A DNA stretch of 64,000 nucleotides, from NCBI GenBank assembly GCA_021613535.1, contig CP075495.1:5146001-5210000 (forward strand), read 5' to 3'. Position numbers and translations under genes: made by a program. The notes under the pieces are model-generated. The model was not told where the DNA came from. It ran no database searches and was given only the letters and a program-made list of their open reading frames with translations. Source of the stretch: Adineta vaga. Its lineage: Eukaryota > Animalia > Rotifera. Of the stretch, positions 25,946 through 40,771 are shown one piece after another. Each line of letters starts with the position of its first letter. The stretch's first letter is position 1.

Positions 25946-26880
25946 ATGTCAGAACGTTATGGATTTTCATTGACAACATTTAGTCCATCGGGCAAACTTG
26001 TTCAGATTGAATATGCTTTGAATGCTGTCAATGCAGGTTCGCCAGCAGTCGGTATCAAAGCATCGAATGGCGTTGTGCTAGCTACAGAGAAAAAAAGTAA
26101 ATCATTATTACATGATGATCGTACAATTCATAAGGTCGAACCAATTTGTAAAAATATGGGACTTGTTTACAGTGGCATGGGTCCTGATTATAGGTTCGAA
26201 TGATTTATTCATTCATTCATTCATTCATCATAATTTATTCTTGAATATTGTTGCTCTATCTAGATTACTCGTTCAAAAAGCACGCAAATTAGCACAAGAA
26301 TATATGCTTATTTATGAACAAAATGTACCACCAACACAATTAGTCAAACGAGTTGCTGATGTCATGCAAGAATATACACAATCCGGGTATGTATTGAATT
26401 TATCTTTGTGCAATGTTAATCAATAATACTTTCTAGTGGTGTACGTCCTTTTGGTGTATCTTTACTTCTTTGTGGTTATGATTATGATGAAGATCGACCA
26501 TTTCTTTATCAATGTGATCCATCGGTATGTCTTTTTTTTTGAAGACATACGAATAGCCTATGATAATATTTTACTAGGGTTCCTATTTTCCATGGAAAGC
26601 AACAGCAATTGGTCGTAATTACGTTAATGGAAAGACATTTTTAGAAAAACGGTATTGTTGAATTTTTTATTTGAGTTTCTCTGACCATACAATGTATATA
26701 TTTAGATATTCGGATCAATTAGCACTTGAAGATGCAGTTCATACTGCCATATTAACATTAAAAGAATCATTTGAAGGACAAATGACTGAAGATAATATCG
26801 AAATTGGTATATGTGATAAAGAAGGTTTTCGTCGTTTGACACCTGCTGAAGTCAAAGATTATTTAGCACAAATTGGTTAA
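25946..26880 (+). CDS. PSMA2: Proteasome subunit alpha type 2
   Basis: [25 protein letters not shown]...YSGMGPDYR...[15 protein letters not shown]...[27 protein letters not shown]. Confidence 0.97.
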
Positions 26881-27311
26881 ATTCTCTATCTTAACGGATG
26901 AAAAAAAAATTATCTTAAATAACTCAATCGATTTCAATTGATCGCCATCCGTTTTTATATTTGTTAAGTTTTTTTTCGCTTTTTTTCTCTCTTCGTCTTC
27001 TGTTGCTTCCTTCATTATCTTCTCTGCAGACACAGAATAAACACGAACTTCATCTTCTTTTTTCAAATTTTACATCGTCTCCATTAGATCAAGAATATGT
27101 TGTGAATTCAATGATATAATAAAAATAAACACGATCTATACTATTCATCGCATATAAAGGACACCATGAATTTGTAAAATGAAGTATGTAGTGACCGCTT
27201 GATCGCTTCTTTCCATAATTTCTCACGTTCACACCACATTTCCAACTCTTGCTGCTCGGCTAATAGCATAATCGTTACCGTATCACATCAACTATGTTCG
27301 TTCAAAATACA

Positions 27312-28576
27312 ATGGCGCAGAGTAGTTCTCGTTATTGTTTATATTGAGATTTTGTTGATGCTTATATGAAAGTACATACGACAATGATACGATTTGTAAG
27401 TGTGAAAACTTGAATTCATCAGATATCTGATCTGCATTTATTCTAGGAATCTCATTATAATGCACAAACAGAATGGAATGAAATAAAAAAAACAGTGAAA
27501 CAGAAAATTGTCAGTTATCTTGATAGATGGAATAAAGTAAGTCAACCAGAACTTGTACCACCAAAAAAGTCTTTAGGTAAAAAATATGGTATTCCGAAAA
27601 CAATACGTCAAAAACGAACATTTTCATTCGATGATGATCCGAACAGGAAAGCGACTGATTCAGCACATGCAACACTAACAATAGGCAAACGTAAAGCTCC
27701 AACTGAAATCGATGATTTAGAAACCAATATGATTGCAAATGAAACATCTTGGATTGTTTGTTGAACAGAAAAGGATACAGCGAAGACGAAATATCAAGCA
27801 ATATCACCTGAAAAACTAAAAGTACCAGCTCAAGAATTGATTTTAAGTGATTTAGAAAAAATATCTCAACGAAATGACAGTTTAATTCAAGTAGAAAGTA
27901 TGGGTTTATTAACAGATGAAAATCAGAAAATACTAAATAAATTAATCAAACAACAGCAACAAAATACAAGTGATCTCAAACGTTTACAATCAAGACAACG
28001 CGCATCAATGCGGCTTCGTGAACGTAAAAAGCGGTATGTGGAACAATTATGTATTGTAAATCCAGTTGTAGCTGATGAACTAACGAAAGTTTTTCGATCA
28101 GTAACAACAACAAAATACAACACGAATGCAAATCGAAGCAGACTGTCCTGATGTCTTACATATCATTGCAAAAATTGCTCATATTACTGGAATATCAAAT
28201 TCATCAACGACACACATCAAATATGGATCATTGCCATCAAAAAGAAGAAGAAATGTTTGCGGATTATGATTTGAATGATCCTTATGATATACCGACATGT
28301 TTTATAAATACAACAGAAAATGGTGTTTGCTTATTTAAGGATATGACCGAATGGTTAAAATCAGCCTTTGAAGATAATTCGATTGTTATTACAAAAAGTA
28401 AATCGACAGCAGCTATGACATCAGCAATGATTCGTAAAGAGAAACAAATAATTGCAAGAGCAACAAATCAACACGCATGTACAATGATTGAAATTCCAAT
28501 TTCAAATGAAAGTCAATCACAAACAAGTAGTTTAATCAATGATTTAGAACATTTAGGAATATTTCATGATACTTGA
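27312..28576 (+). pseudogene. Decayed, probably internally deleted transposon-like ORF
   Basis: MAQSSSRYCLY*DFVDAYMK has TGA at 27345. Second in-frame TGA at 27762. Frame changes after about 28110 and again before the 3' segment. Motifs NAQTEW, PAQE, LKRLQSRQRA..R.RKK..LC..NP, IEADCPDVLHIIAKIA. Confidence 0.6.
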
Positions 28577-29123
28577 AATTCACTTAACAATGTACCAAAT
28601 CAAACAAGTTAGGATGATCTTATTGATAATATTTACTTTTAGTCTTTTCTTTCTTCAACTTGGTGCTTTATTTAAATACGATAATACTTTGCTTTTTGTT
28701 TGTACTCATTTTGTAAACTCTTTTCAGTAGATTAGTCGCATACTATGAGTACAAACTATTTTTTGTCTCATAGATACATGGTAATGAATAATTTATTTGT
28801 TGTAGTATTTGTTTTGTTAATATTTAAACACCGAAGAACGTAATTGTAAACTTTATCTACTGTTGTTCTTTTGAATGAAAAAAAGCTCTCGGAAACAAAT
28901 TAAAATCAATATTAACTTAACTAATTGTCTTCTATCTACGTTGTTAGAGATGCTCAGTGATGCATTTTCTACTAAAGTATTATGTTTTCTTTTATCGAAC
29001 ATGAAGATGAAGAATTTACGTTGTTCAAGTTTATTGATTTAACAGATTTAAATAAGTTTTTATGTAGAAATGAAAATTTTCTTTCATTATAACAAGCATA
29101 AACAAGAAACAAAAATCGTAGTT

Positions 29124-30991
29124 CTATTCAATAGATGGTGTAAATTTTAGACGAGGTGATGGAGGAATAGAATAATTATGATCATCATCTGATGGTGAGT
29201 CTGGTAGTATTAAAACATTTCTAATAGTTCTCATTCGGTCGGATGAATATGAAATGTGTGGTAATTTGTGTAGATCAATAGGAACGGTAGTTGAATCTTC
29301 TGTAATTGAATTGTTTTGAAGAGAATTTTGTCGTGAATTCTGATTTGATAAAGAAAAAGAATGATGACGAGAAGGAGGAGCAGCACTTTCACCTCGTAGC
29401 ACCGGTTCAAGAAAAGAAAAATCCATTGGTACGATAACGTCGGGTGCTTGAGAATGTACTTCAGTTGAATTGAAGTAGTCAGTATTTGGCATTGAATGAT
29501 GCTGAGTTAATTTTGGTAATTGAATATTTTCTAATTTAATGGTATCACATTCAGTAGTTGGTTTAAGATTTGGAGAACTGCTTCGATGTCGACGGCGAGA
29601 AGGTGAACCCATACGATGTAATGAGTTAGGAAACGGTGGCATTATCAGTGGTTTATCATCAGGAGTTTCAAGAACAATTTGAACAAATGATTCTACTGGA
29701 TCATCTACCGCTTTTGTGATTGCTTCGAGCGGTGTTAAAAGCTCAAACGGTATAGCAGGTGCCGTAGGTGTAGATGGGATACGGCCATCATAAATAGTAA
29801 CAACACGTCTTTGATCATCAAATGAAACATTGGATAATGATGATTCATTCGAATTCGCTGATGTTGAACGTAAATAAAGTGAACCACTAGCACCATTTGG
29901 AGCAAGTTGTATACTTGGATCTGGTTGACCGCAATATGAAGCACGACGAGCTGATCCAATTAAATATTGAAATGTTGTCGATGCTGTTCGCATCATTGAA
30001 CTTGTAGAATCCAAAAGCATGTTCAATGATGAATTTTTTCGTTTTAACATGCACGTATCACTACCGCCGAATTCACCTAGATAATCGTAATTATTATAGG
30101 GATACGGACGACGTAATGATGGTGGATGTGGACCGTCTGAAAGACGTCGTTGTTCAGTCTAAATGATAATTAAATTTTTATATGATTAGATTTCTTTCAA
30201 AATGAAATTACGTATCTATTTGTAAAAAAGACAAATGAGTAGCTTTTATTTCTATAGATATCTTGAGGAAATGCATTTTCTATTAATGAAAACACTTACG
30301 TTTTATAATTATCTACGTCAACATTCTATCAAACTTATAGAATGTTAAAGAAGATCATAATCTCTATGGAAATTGATTCCATTTTCACTAGGCACGCATA
30401 TAAAAACCTAATCTTGAGTAGAAAAATTAACATTAATTGTATTCTATTTTCTGTAGATTTCATAATTGTTCTCAAAAACCAAAACGAAATACCTAGATTT
30501 ATCTCTGTTGTTTGATAATCTTAAAAAACGACATAATCGATTGATCTTTTACTGTGACTTGAAATGCCAAGTTATCATAAAACAATATCTAATAAGTGTA
30601 AATCCTTCTTATTTCCTACGTATGCTTTTTTCTTCAAGTAATCTCCTCATTATGTTAAAATTTCTTCTTAATGATGCCCCAAGAAAAAGTCTTAAATGCA
30701 AATGGTTTACAATGAAATTTCCGGAGAATCTTCTGACATTTATATAGAAAGATAGAGATATTGTACTTTAACGGTTGTCACGAGCAAAAATAGCATATCA
30801 TTAAAACTATAAATATTTCAATTCAAATCATTAAAAACTATACTTCTTTGACGATTCTAATTATTTTTTACTCATTTACTTAAAATAATTGTCATTAATT
30901 ATCAGTCACGAACTTTCCGGATGCATAGATTTTAAAATAGACTTTCTGGATTGAACATGACTGAGATAAATATTCTAGCAGGTTTAATAGT

Positions 30992-31022
<31 letters not shown>

Positions 31023-33316
31023 GCTATGTGATATCGTCACCGTGACATGTTATATCATTTTGAGGAAGAAAAAAGGATAATTAAACATCCGGCACCGATT
31101 TTTTTATCAACAGATAATTACGTTTTTCTCTTTTTACAGATTGTGTACTTACGTTGATTTGATCAATATCTCCCAGACCATCTGAATAACCAACAAAATT
31201 AGCAAAAACAGATAATCGTCGCGTATCCATTTCTGAGTTTTCGAGAACAAGACAAGGGAGAAAATTATGGTAGTTGTTAAAATAATTACAGAGAAAACTA
31301 AGAATGCAAATAGATATTGACGATGTATGTTAGAAATAATTGTAGACAAGATGCGATTATGACGAAGTTTACAAAAAACTATAAAAGTTCAATTAGAATG
31401 TTCTAGTTTCGGGCTGTATATAAATATATATTGTTTCTCAGCGTGACTGGCCTTTATCGTATCAACTGATGAAGGAGCGGAAAAGTTCATGTCGTAGAAG
31501 AAAAAAAAGAAGCACAAGCCTGGAAAAATAGTCCTAATCATTTTTTCCTTTCTCTCTTCTTTTTCTTTTACTATTTCTGTTTCTCTCGCATTTCTGATTA
31601 GATAATTCTTTTTGTGTTACATTTCACATCGTTTTTCTTTACATGATAGTTGTTAATGTGTGAAAGCATCAAATTATGAACGTGCTCATATGTAACCAAT
31701 TCAATGGGCGACGGACATTTCTGTATATTTTATTCTTATCAGTTACTTTAATATTAAAATATAATATTTTCAAATGTTTATAGTTTTTTTTCTTTTTTTT
31801 CTTGATAAGTTAGCGAAGCACTGTAAAGAGAGCAATTAACTAGAGAAGAGAAAAAACATGTCGACATCCGTGCATAAGTGTATGTCACTCATAGATTGTG
31901 TTTTGTGGTTGTTATAATGAGACATTCTCAAGTTGACAAAAGAATATAAAGAAAAAAATCATCATTCTTTGACAATATATAACGAAGCTGTCATTCACGC
32001 ACACAGAGATTGTAACTTACAGTTTTCTAAATCGGATAGATGAAGTTGCTTTTTTTCTTCCAATTTGTAATAAACCAGTAGAACACTAAGTATAAAGATA
32101 GATAGTCTGTTTCTCGATTTTTGTGCACATATATATTATTGCTTATGCAAATTAACGATCTGGTGCCATATTCTCCCTATGATATATGAATTTTATATCA
32201 ACGTTTTTCTTTTCTCGCTTTTAATTAAAAATCTCGCAATCATAGTGCGAGATTTTGTCTATTCAGCAGTTATGCAAATACACTGAGACATAAAGCAGCG
32301 CATCGTTTTTAGAATAGTCAATTTTATTTGTCACCCAACACTTTATTCTCTGCAATCAATCATCTTTTTACATATATATTCAGCTGATGCTTTTTTTCTT
32401 TGTTCTATCGAGAAAAGAATCCTGCGGATAGTGCTAGTAAAATCAGAAGCATTATACAATAAGCGACAACATACTTGAACTAAACTTTCCGTTTGTCTTC
32501 ATTTACTATTCTGATACTATCATGATAAATTAGATTTACAGGAAAGAGAGAAACAGACATATGATGAAGTACGAATAATTGCGATCAAAGAATGAATCTC
32601 TAACATATATTTTATTGAATCAAAAAAGAACGAAGACGTCATCGAAACTAATGCAATATAGATATAAAATATGCACGTTGAAATCGATCGAGTATATATT
32701 CATATGGTATTCATCGAGTCAAATCAGCGATGTGACAATGTTCGATTTATTCATTGTTTTGGATACGCTTCTTTAAATTTAGGATACCAATAAAATATAC
32801 TTGGTATTATATTAATAGAAACTTATGAATAATAGAAAAATTAGAAATTATATATATAGAAGATATGCTTATTCGCCATGTGTAGTATTTCCTTAACAAA
32901 TCTCTTCTTTCTTTTTATAACACCTTTCTTTTTGTATTCGCCTTTTTGTCTAATTTCCGATGAGATTAAACGGATTTCACAAAATATATGACGTATAAAT
33001 TCTTCATTAAATTTTAGCGTGATATTTCATTGATATGAATATGATTCTTTACTAATGAAGTTTGAAATTGACGATATGAGTTTTCATAAATCTTACTTCG
33101 AAGTTTTCTTTACTTTTCTTATTTAACATTCTGCAACACTATGTATAGAATGATACGTACCTGATTGTTCAAATGATAAGCAACATTAGGTTCTGATTTG
33201 CAGTGTGTATAGTAAGAAGGTGGAGCAAGTAAATGTTCACAACTATATGCCGGACACAGATATTGGTCATCATAATTATTTGGTGATAGGAATGGTGTAC
33301 TTCGATTTGTAAACAT
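29124..33316 (-). CDS. Uncharacterised Ser/Pro-rich disordered protein with alternative first exons and a 4-nt microexon
   Basis: Exons 33316-33161, 30325-30300, 30215-30212 and 30158-29124 join in frame with canonical GT-AG sites. Alternative first exon 31181-31153. Basophilic kinase sites RRLS, RKNS, RRAS. Confidence 0.6.
30992..31018. repeat. (TC)n microsatellite
   Basis: Run of tc dinucleotides. Similar shorter runs near 23162, 33572, 50567 and 62941. Confidence 0.9.
32228..32256. repeat. Perfect 11-bp inverted repeat with 7-nt loop
   Basis: AAAATCTCGCA-atcatag-TGCGAGATTTT. Confidence 0.7.
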
Positions 33317-34528
33317 AGTTGTTTGATTCGTTTGTCAAATGAACATTAGTCGTGTGATTGATTTTGATGTGTTAGTTAAAAATAATATCTTGTCTAAAAT
33401 TGTTTTGGAAAATAGAATAGAAAAGGTTCAATTAATGTCAATTCTATGAGAGAATATAGAGAGTGAGTTATGACGAGTATGTAGTTAAATAGTCTGATCT
33501 TTCTCAAAACATCAGATTGCTATTTTCTACTTTTCTAGATCTTCTTCCCCTTTAAATATATATATATTTTTTCTCTCTCTCTCTCTCTCTTGCGTTCTTT
33601 TAACTAACTTGACATATCATAAATATTGTTGTTATTGTCGTCGTCGTCGTCCTCGTCGTTGTCATTTTTTTTATTCGGGAGTGCGAACAGAAATCCGTAG
33701 TCTTAGTCATCATATAAAGACTTAGGTTAATAACGTTTGCTGCTATCAGTAAACGCATTTGTTCTATATCTATTTAATTGTATGATGATTGCTTTTATTA
33801 TAATCATATGTTGTATGGTAATTCAGAATATAAATGAAACGAATATTTTGTCGAGTATCGTTGCTGACTATCTTTTGCTTTTCTTATATGTAAATAACGG
33901 AAATTGTAGCAAAGATGAAGGAGAAGAAAGAAAGAGAGAGAGAGAGCACGAGTCTTTTCAAAATTTATGGATGCTTGTGAAGCGTTGTCGATAGAGTGGC
34001 AAACGACACCTCTTAACTATTTCTTTATTGAACCTTCTTGTATTCATCAATAATTGAAGGTTTTTTCGGAATCTTCTCTGTCTAAATGAATAAGAACAAC
34101 GACAATATTTCCGAGCGAAACAATTTAATCTAGGTTTTTTCACTTTTTACGTAGATTATAATGGAGTTGTGAGAAAAATGAATACGTAGAATATATCAAA
34201 AGTGTCAAAACGAGAAAGATAAGATGAATCAAGCAGAAAGAACCAAAAAAACACCGAAATATATGACATAGTAAGAACATTTTTTATTGTTGTTTCACAC
34301 GTCTTATCAACGAGAAAATAATGGTGACAAGATAGAAAATATATTTTGAATTACTGTCAACTTGATTTTGACATATGAATTCAAAATCGAAATAACTGAT
34401 GATGATGATGATGACCGATCTATCTGAAATCTCATTGAAGATTGTAAATCAATCATATGAAATATCAAGGTAATCATTAATGAACAATAAGATCTGTTTT
34501 TCTCTTATACTTTATTAAACCTGATCAA

Positions 34529-36100
34529 CTAAGAAGAAAATTCAACATATGAACTACTTAAACGTTCATATTCAGCTTTTTCTTTATGCCATTGTCGGAA
34601 AAGTTCTACTAATGATTTGAAATTCGGTCGTTGATTTGGTTGAAAACATAAACATGGAAGAATTATACGATTATAAAATTGATTCGAACATTTAAGAGGT
34701 TTCTTATGAACATATCCAGTTTTTACAAGTGCTCGAACTGATGAAAAATCTTTTTCTTCAGGATAAGGATCAGCACCTTTCAACCACATTTCAATTAAAA
34801 CAATACCAAACGACCAAACATCCGATTTATTCGAATAATCCATTTGATTATCAAGTACTTCAGGTGCTGTCCAACGAATAGGTAGTCGTTGATAATTAAT
34901 TTCATTTTGTTGTATAGACTCATCTTTATTAATACGTCTTGATAAACCGAAATCAGCTATTTTAACAGTTCGTGTACCACTACCTAATAGAATATTACGA
35001 CAAGCTAGATCACGATGTACACGTAATTGTTTTTCAAGGAAAGTCATTCCACGACAGATATCATATGCAAATGAAATAATAAGTTTCTCATCCGGGACAT
35101 CACGACAATTTTCTAACCAATTTTTTAAATCACCATCATCCATCAATTCAGTAACAAGTAATGTTTCATACGTTTGAAAATCTCGTGCCACACCGTAGAG
35201 TGCAACAATATAATTATTTCGTAATGTTTTCATAGCTTCAATTTCACAAATATAATTATTTAATGTGATTTTATCTTGTCGTTTCTTATGCAATTTCTTT
35301 ATAGCAACAGGTATTGATCGATTTCCATTTTGCCATAATCCACGCCAAACTTCTCCAAATTCACCATTACCAATATGACATTCAAATGTTAAATGACGTC
35401 GCGATATATGCCAAAGATCTTCTTCGAAATCGATTCGATATGGCATGACAAATTTTAATGGTATAAGTTTTCGAACTTCTTCATTTTGTACAAGTTTTTG
35501 AAATGATGTAAAATTCAAATGATATAATTTTGATTCCTGTACAAAATAAAAACAATGATTTGATGGATGAATACAAATTAAATAATGCCAATCTTCAGCA
35601 TTTCTTTGATTGGATATTTGAGAAATGCTCAAGACAAATGCATTCGATTCATTTCGACTTCGACGAATCAAATAAGCACCCAATGTATTATATTGAAGTA
35701 AACATCGTTGAATAACACCTCGATCATCACTACCTAATCGTAATGGTGTATCCACATCAAGTAATAAATGTGTTCGATCTATGGTACATTCAGTATTTGT
35801 ACGTAAATGAAGAACATGAAAATAATCTTGATTTATTCCATTGATCAATTCAAATTCATCGCCTTCATCACAAGAATAATTATCTTTTACAATGAATGAA
35901 TGACGAGCTATATAAATTGGTTTATTCAACTGCACGCTATTGTTTTTTTTATTATCTGAATTACTTATACAGGTTACATTCGATGAAATTAATTGATTTG
36001 TATCAATACGTTTATTCGGCGAGAAATTTGTTGATACTTCGATAGATGAATTGTGTTTTCTTAAAGCTTCTACAGGCAAAACACAACGATCCTTCACCAT
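34529..36100 (-). CDS. Src-like non-receptor tyrosine kinase (degenerate SH3, SH2, TK), intronless
   Basis: SH2 GAYLIRRS..FVLSI..HYLI; kinase GNGEFGEV, VAIKK, HRDLACRN, KIADFGLSR, PIRWTAPE, SDVWSFG; C-terminal Tyr (SSYVEFSS). Confidence 0.9.
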   Translation of the reverse strand: MVKDRCVLPVEALRKHNSSIEVSTNFSPNKRIDTNQLISSNVTCISNSDNKKNNSVQLNKPIYIARHSFIVKDNYSCDEGDEFELINGINQDYFHVLHLRTNTECTIDRTHLLLDVDTPLRLGSDDRGVIQRCLLQYNTLGAYLIRRSRNESNAFVLSISQISNQRNAEDWHYLICIHPSNHCFYFVQESKLYHLNFTSFQKLVQNEEVRKLIPLKFVMPYRIDFEEDLWHISRRHLTFECHIGNGEFGEVWRGLWQNGNRSIPVAIKKLHKKRQDKITLNNYICEIEAMKTLRNNYIVALYGVARDFQTYETLLVTELMDDGDLKNWLENCRDVPDEKLIISFAYDICRGMTFLEKQLRVHRDLACRNILLGSGTRTVKIADFGLSRRINKDESIQQNEINYQRLPIRWTAPEVLDNQMDYSNKSDVWSFGIVLIEMWLKGADPYPEEKDFSSVRALVKTGYVHKKPLKCSNQFYNRIILPCLCFQPNQRPNFKSLVELFRQWHKEKAEYERLSSSYVEFSS

Positions 36101-38811
36101 TACTCTATGTCGACATAAAATAGATAAAAGAGAAATTTATTTTTGCTTACCATTGTTAGACATTTCTACTATCGCTCCTATATCAATACAAGTTCTATGC
36201 TTTAGATAACAAGTCAGTAACTGATAAGAGATAGTTTGAAAAAACCTTCTTTTAATAGACTTTCATTGAAAATTAAAAAAAAAAAATTTTGTTTACGAAT
36301 AACAGAAAACGATGACAATGGAAAGAATATAGTTTTGAAAGTAATCGTTATCATATGAAGACGTATAGAATCGTATTTCGAACTAGATAAATAAATAAAT
36401 TTCATTACTACTACATTGAATACAACACAGGAAAATTCATTTTTAAGTCCATCATTAAATAAACACATTTTACAGCTATTTTTAATACAATTATTAAAAA
36501 TTGATTAGAAAGAATCTTTGGAATTACATATGACCATCGTGTCAAAGATTATATGATTGATTAACGATAATTCAACGAATCAAAACACATGTATGAAACA
36601 TGTCTTTCAAATGAACATATGCGCAATGTTTATTTGACCTTCTATTGTATCTATACTTATTTACAGTCAAATAGTACATCAAATGTATGATAGCATTGTA
36701 CTGGGAGAGAGTAAACTTGTCATATGGAATGTATTTGATGGAAAAAAAAATCACCGGAAATTTTCTGCACGTGAGGCGGATAAATACTTATTTCTATAAG
36801 AAGTAATTACTCAATAATTATTTGATGAAAATTTCTTTCTTTGAATAAGCTGATTACGATTTTCTATATTTTCGAATCGTCATCAAGGATTCAATTGATG
36901 AAAATAGAAATGTCATGATAGGAATTGTCATGCACGATTCTAGATGAAAAAAAAAGATTTATCATTTGAATTATCATCTTGTTTGCACATGATATGTATG
37001 TATTCATTGATGACGTTAGTAAATTGTAAACCATAGAAATATTAAACGATACTCTAGAATCATTCGAGTGAATATGAACTAAATAAATATCTTTTGTTAA
37101 TCTTATGATACTTTTTGACCGCTTATAATTAATATTCCAATAGTATAAAAAAGAAAAAGTCGATTGTATGACTAATAAAACTCAATCATTTAAATAATAA
37201 AGTGGCTATTCGATCAATAGAATTAGAATAACTATACTGACGTATTTCTAGCTCACATGAAGACTATATATAGATGAGTTTGTCATCGAAAATATTGACA
37301 ATTCTTAGTTGGTAAATTGTATAACAAGAAAGTCATGTTGAATTTCTTTCGAGTACGTAAAATCTTTTGTTTTTCTTTTACTAACAAGACAGAATGTCAT
37401 CTTGAATCGATTATATCTATCTATCTATCTATCTCTATATATAAGAACAGAAGATTCTAGCTTTGATTTTCCTTGATGAAAATAACTGATAAATTCTGTT
37501 TTATTTGTCTCTATGGACGAAAATGACAACAAAATCGATTGATGTATATCTCATTAATTCTATTGTTGTCTCAATAGACCAGAAAAGAAAACTTCACATT
37601 AGGTGTTGAAGACTCAGTCGATTCCGACAGTTTGGCATTTTTTTTATCATGCTTTCTCTTTCTCTCAATTAATCGATAGAACATTTTTCTTCCAACCCCG
37701 ATTCGACGCATCAAATACGATAGAAGCATTAAACACAATAGATCGTGCCAAGCAAATAATAGTCGTCATCAAAACATATCCTATCTTCTCGGCAAAGAAA
37801 AATGAGCATATATAATAAGGTATTTCATGAATGGTTGTATGTATATTTGTTTTTCAATGTATTGTATCTACATTTGTTCATCATGTAAAAGAAAGAATAC
37901 GATTAGAAATTGTCTGTAATCCATTTTATTTTATCGAGCCAATTAAAATAGCTGAAGAAGAAATGTATCTGATATCATAGGTACATTATATAAATAGACA
38001 TTTAAAGAAAATCTAGCTTTTTTCGATCGAAAGATGTTGATATATAGATATTAGTGATAGAATATCATTGCGAGATCATATTCAAAGCGATTTATTTTGA
38101 AAATAAACAGTTGTATAAGAATATTTTTTTGTAGGAGAAGGTTCATTTTATGATTAAGTTTCAAAATAGTCATTGTTGTAGAAATTATTGTCTTATAGAT
38201 TTTAATTTTTAAAAGAAGAAAAAAGAAATCTTATAAGCTACATGAAATCAACATATAGAGTGAAATATAATAGAATTATTTTCGTTTCTACGAAAAATTA
38301 AAAACAATTCGTAGAAGTGGTTTAGATTAACCTGACTATAGTCTATTTTGGAACCCTTCTTTTTTTTATCGTGTCTGTCTTCTCATTTTCTTTCTTTCTT
38401 TCTTTTTTCTTCTCTTTTTACAGCATCATCTGTCGCTGTTGTGATCCTTATCATATCTCATGTAATATTTCTTCAAGAAACGTTCAGTTTTCTTTTTTTT
38501 TCCTAACACTTCGATTCCGACAGAATAGCGACAAGCTGTCTCACCTTCAGCACACTTTTTCTAACGACACAACGCCGACGATGCTATGCGATAGAAAGAA
38601 AGAGGAAAGAAATTTTCGATTCCATAGTTGTTGTTGTCGTTACAGTCGTATATATGCAGTAAATTCTATAATTTCCTGAGATGAGTAGGAGAGAAGAAAA
38701 AAAAAATAACACGCATGAAACAATATTTATATAAAGCAATGAACTCGAAAAAAACAACGCATTCCTAATTCAGAATTTTGTTTTTTCATTTAGTTCAAAT
38801 TTCGTCGAAAG

Positions 38812-40696
<1,885 letters not shown>

Positions 40697-40771
40697 TTTC
40701 TATCAAGATTTTATGTGTATATACAAACAGAAATGTACGTGAGAAATAAACAAAATCAAATGTTTAGAAAT

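Noticed and set aside
27345-27764. In-frame TGA codons as selenocysteine or alternative genetic code
   Set aside because: The same ORF also has frameshifts, no SECIS was seen, and neighbouring genes use TGA as a normal stop.
31182-31349. Hydrophobic TM-like ORF upstream of MVWEILIKST
   Set aside because: Starts at TTG with no in-frame ATG; the hydrophobicity is explained by T-rich sequence.
36105-36163. Upstream mini-exon MSNN for the tyrosine kinase
   Set aside because: Joining to the nearest acceptor gives an immediate stop (GAG TAA); more likely 5'UTR or a uORF.
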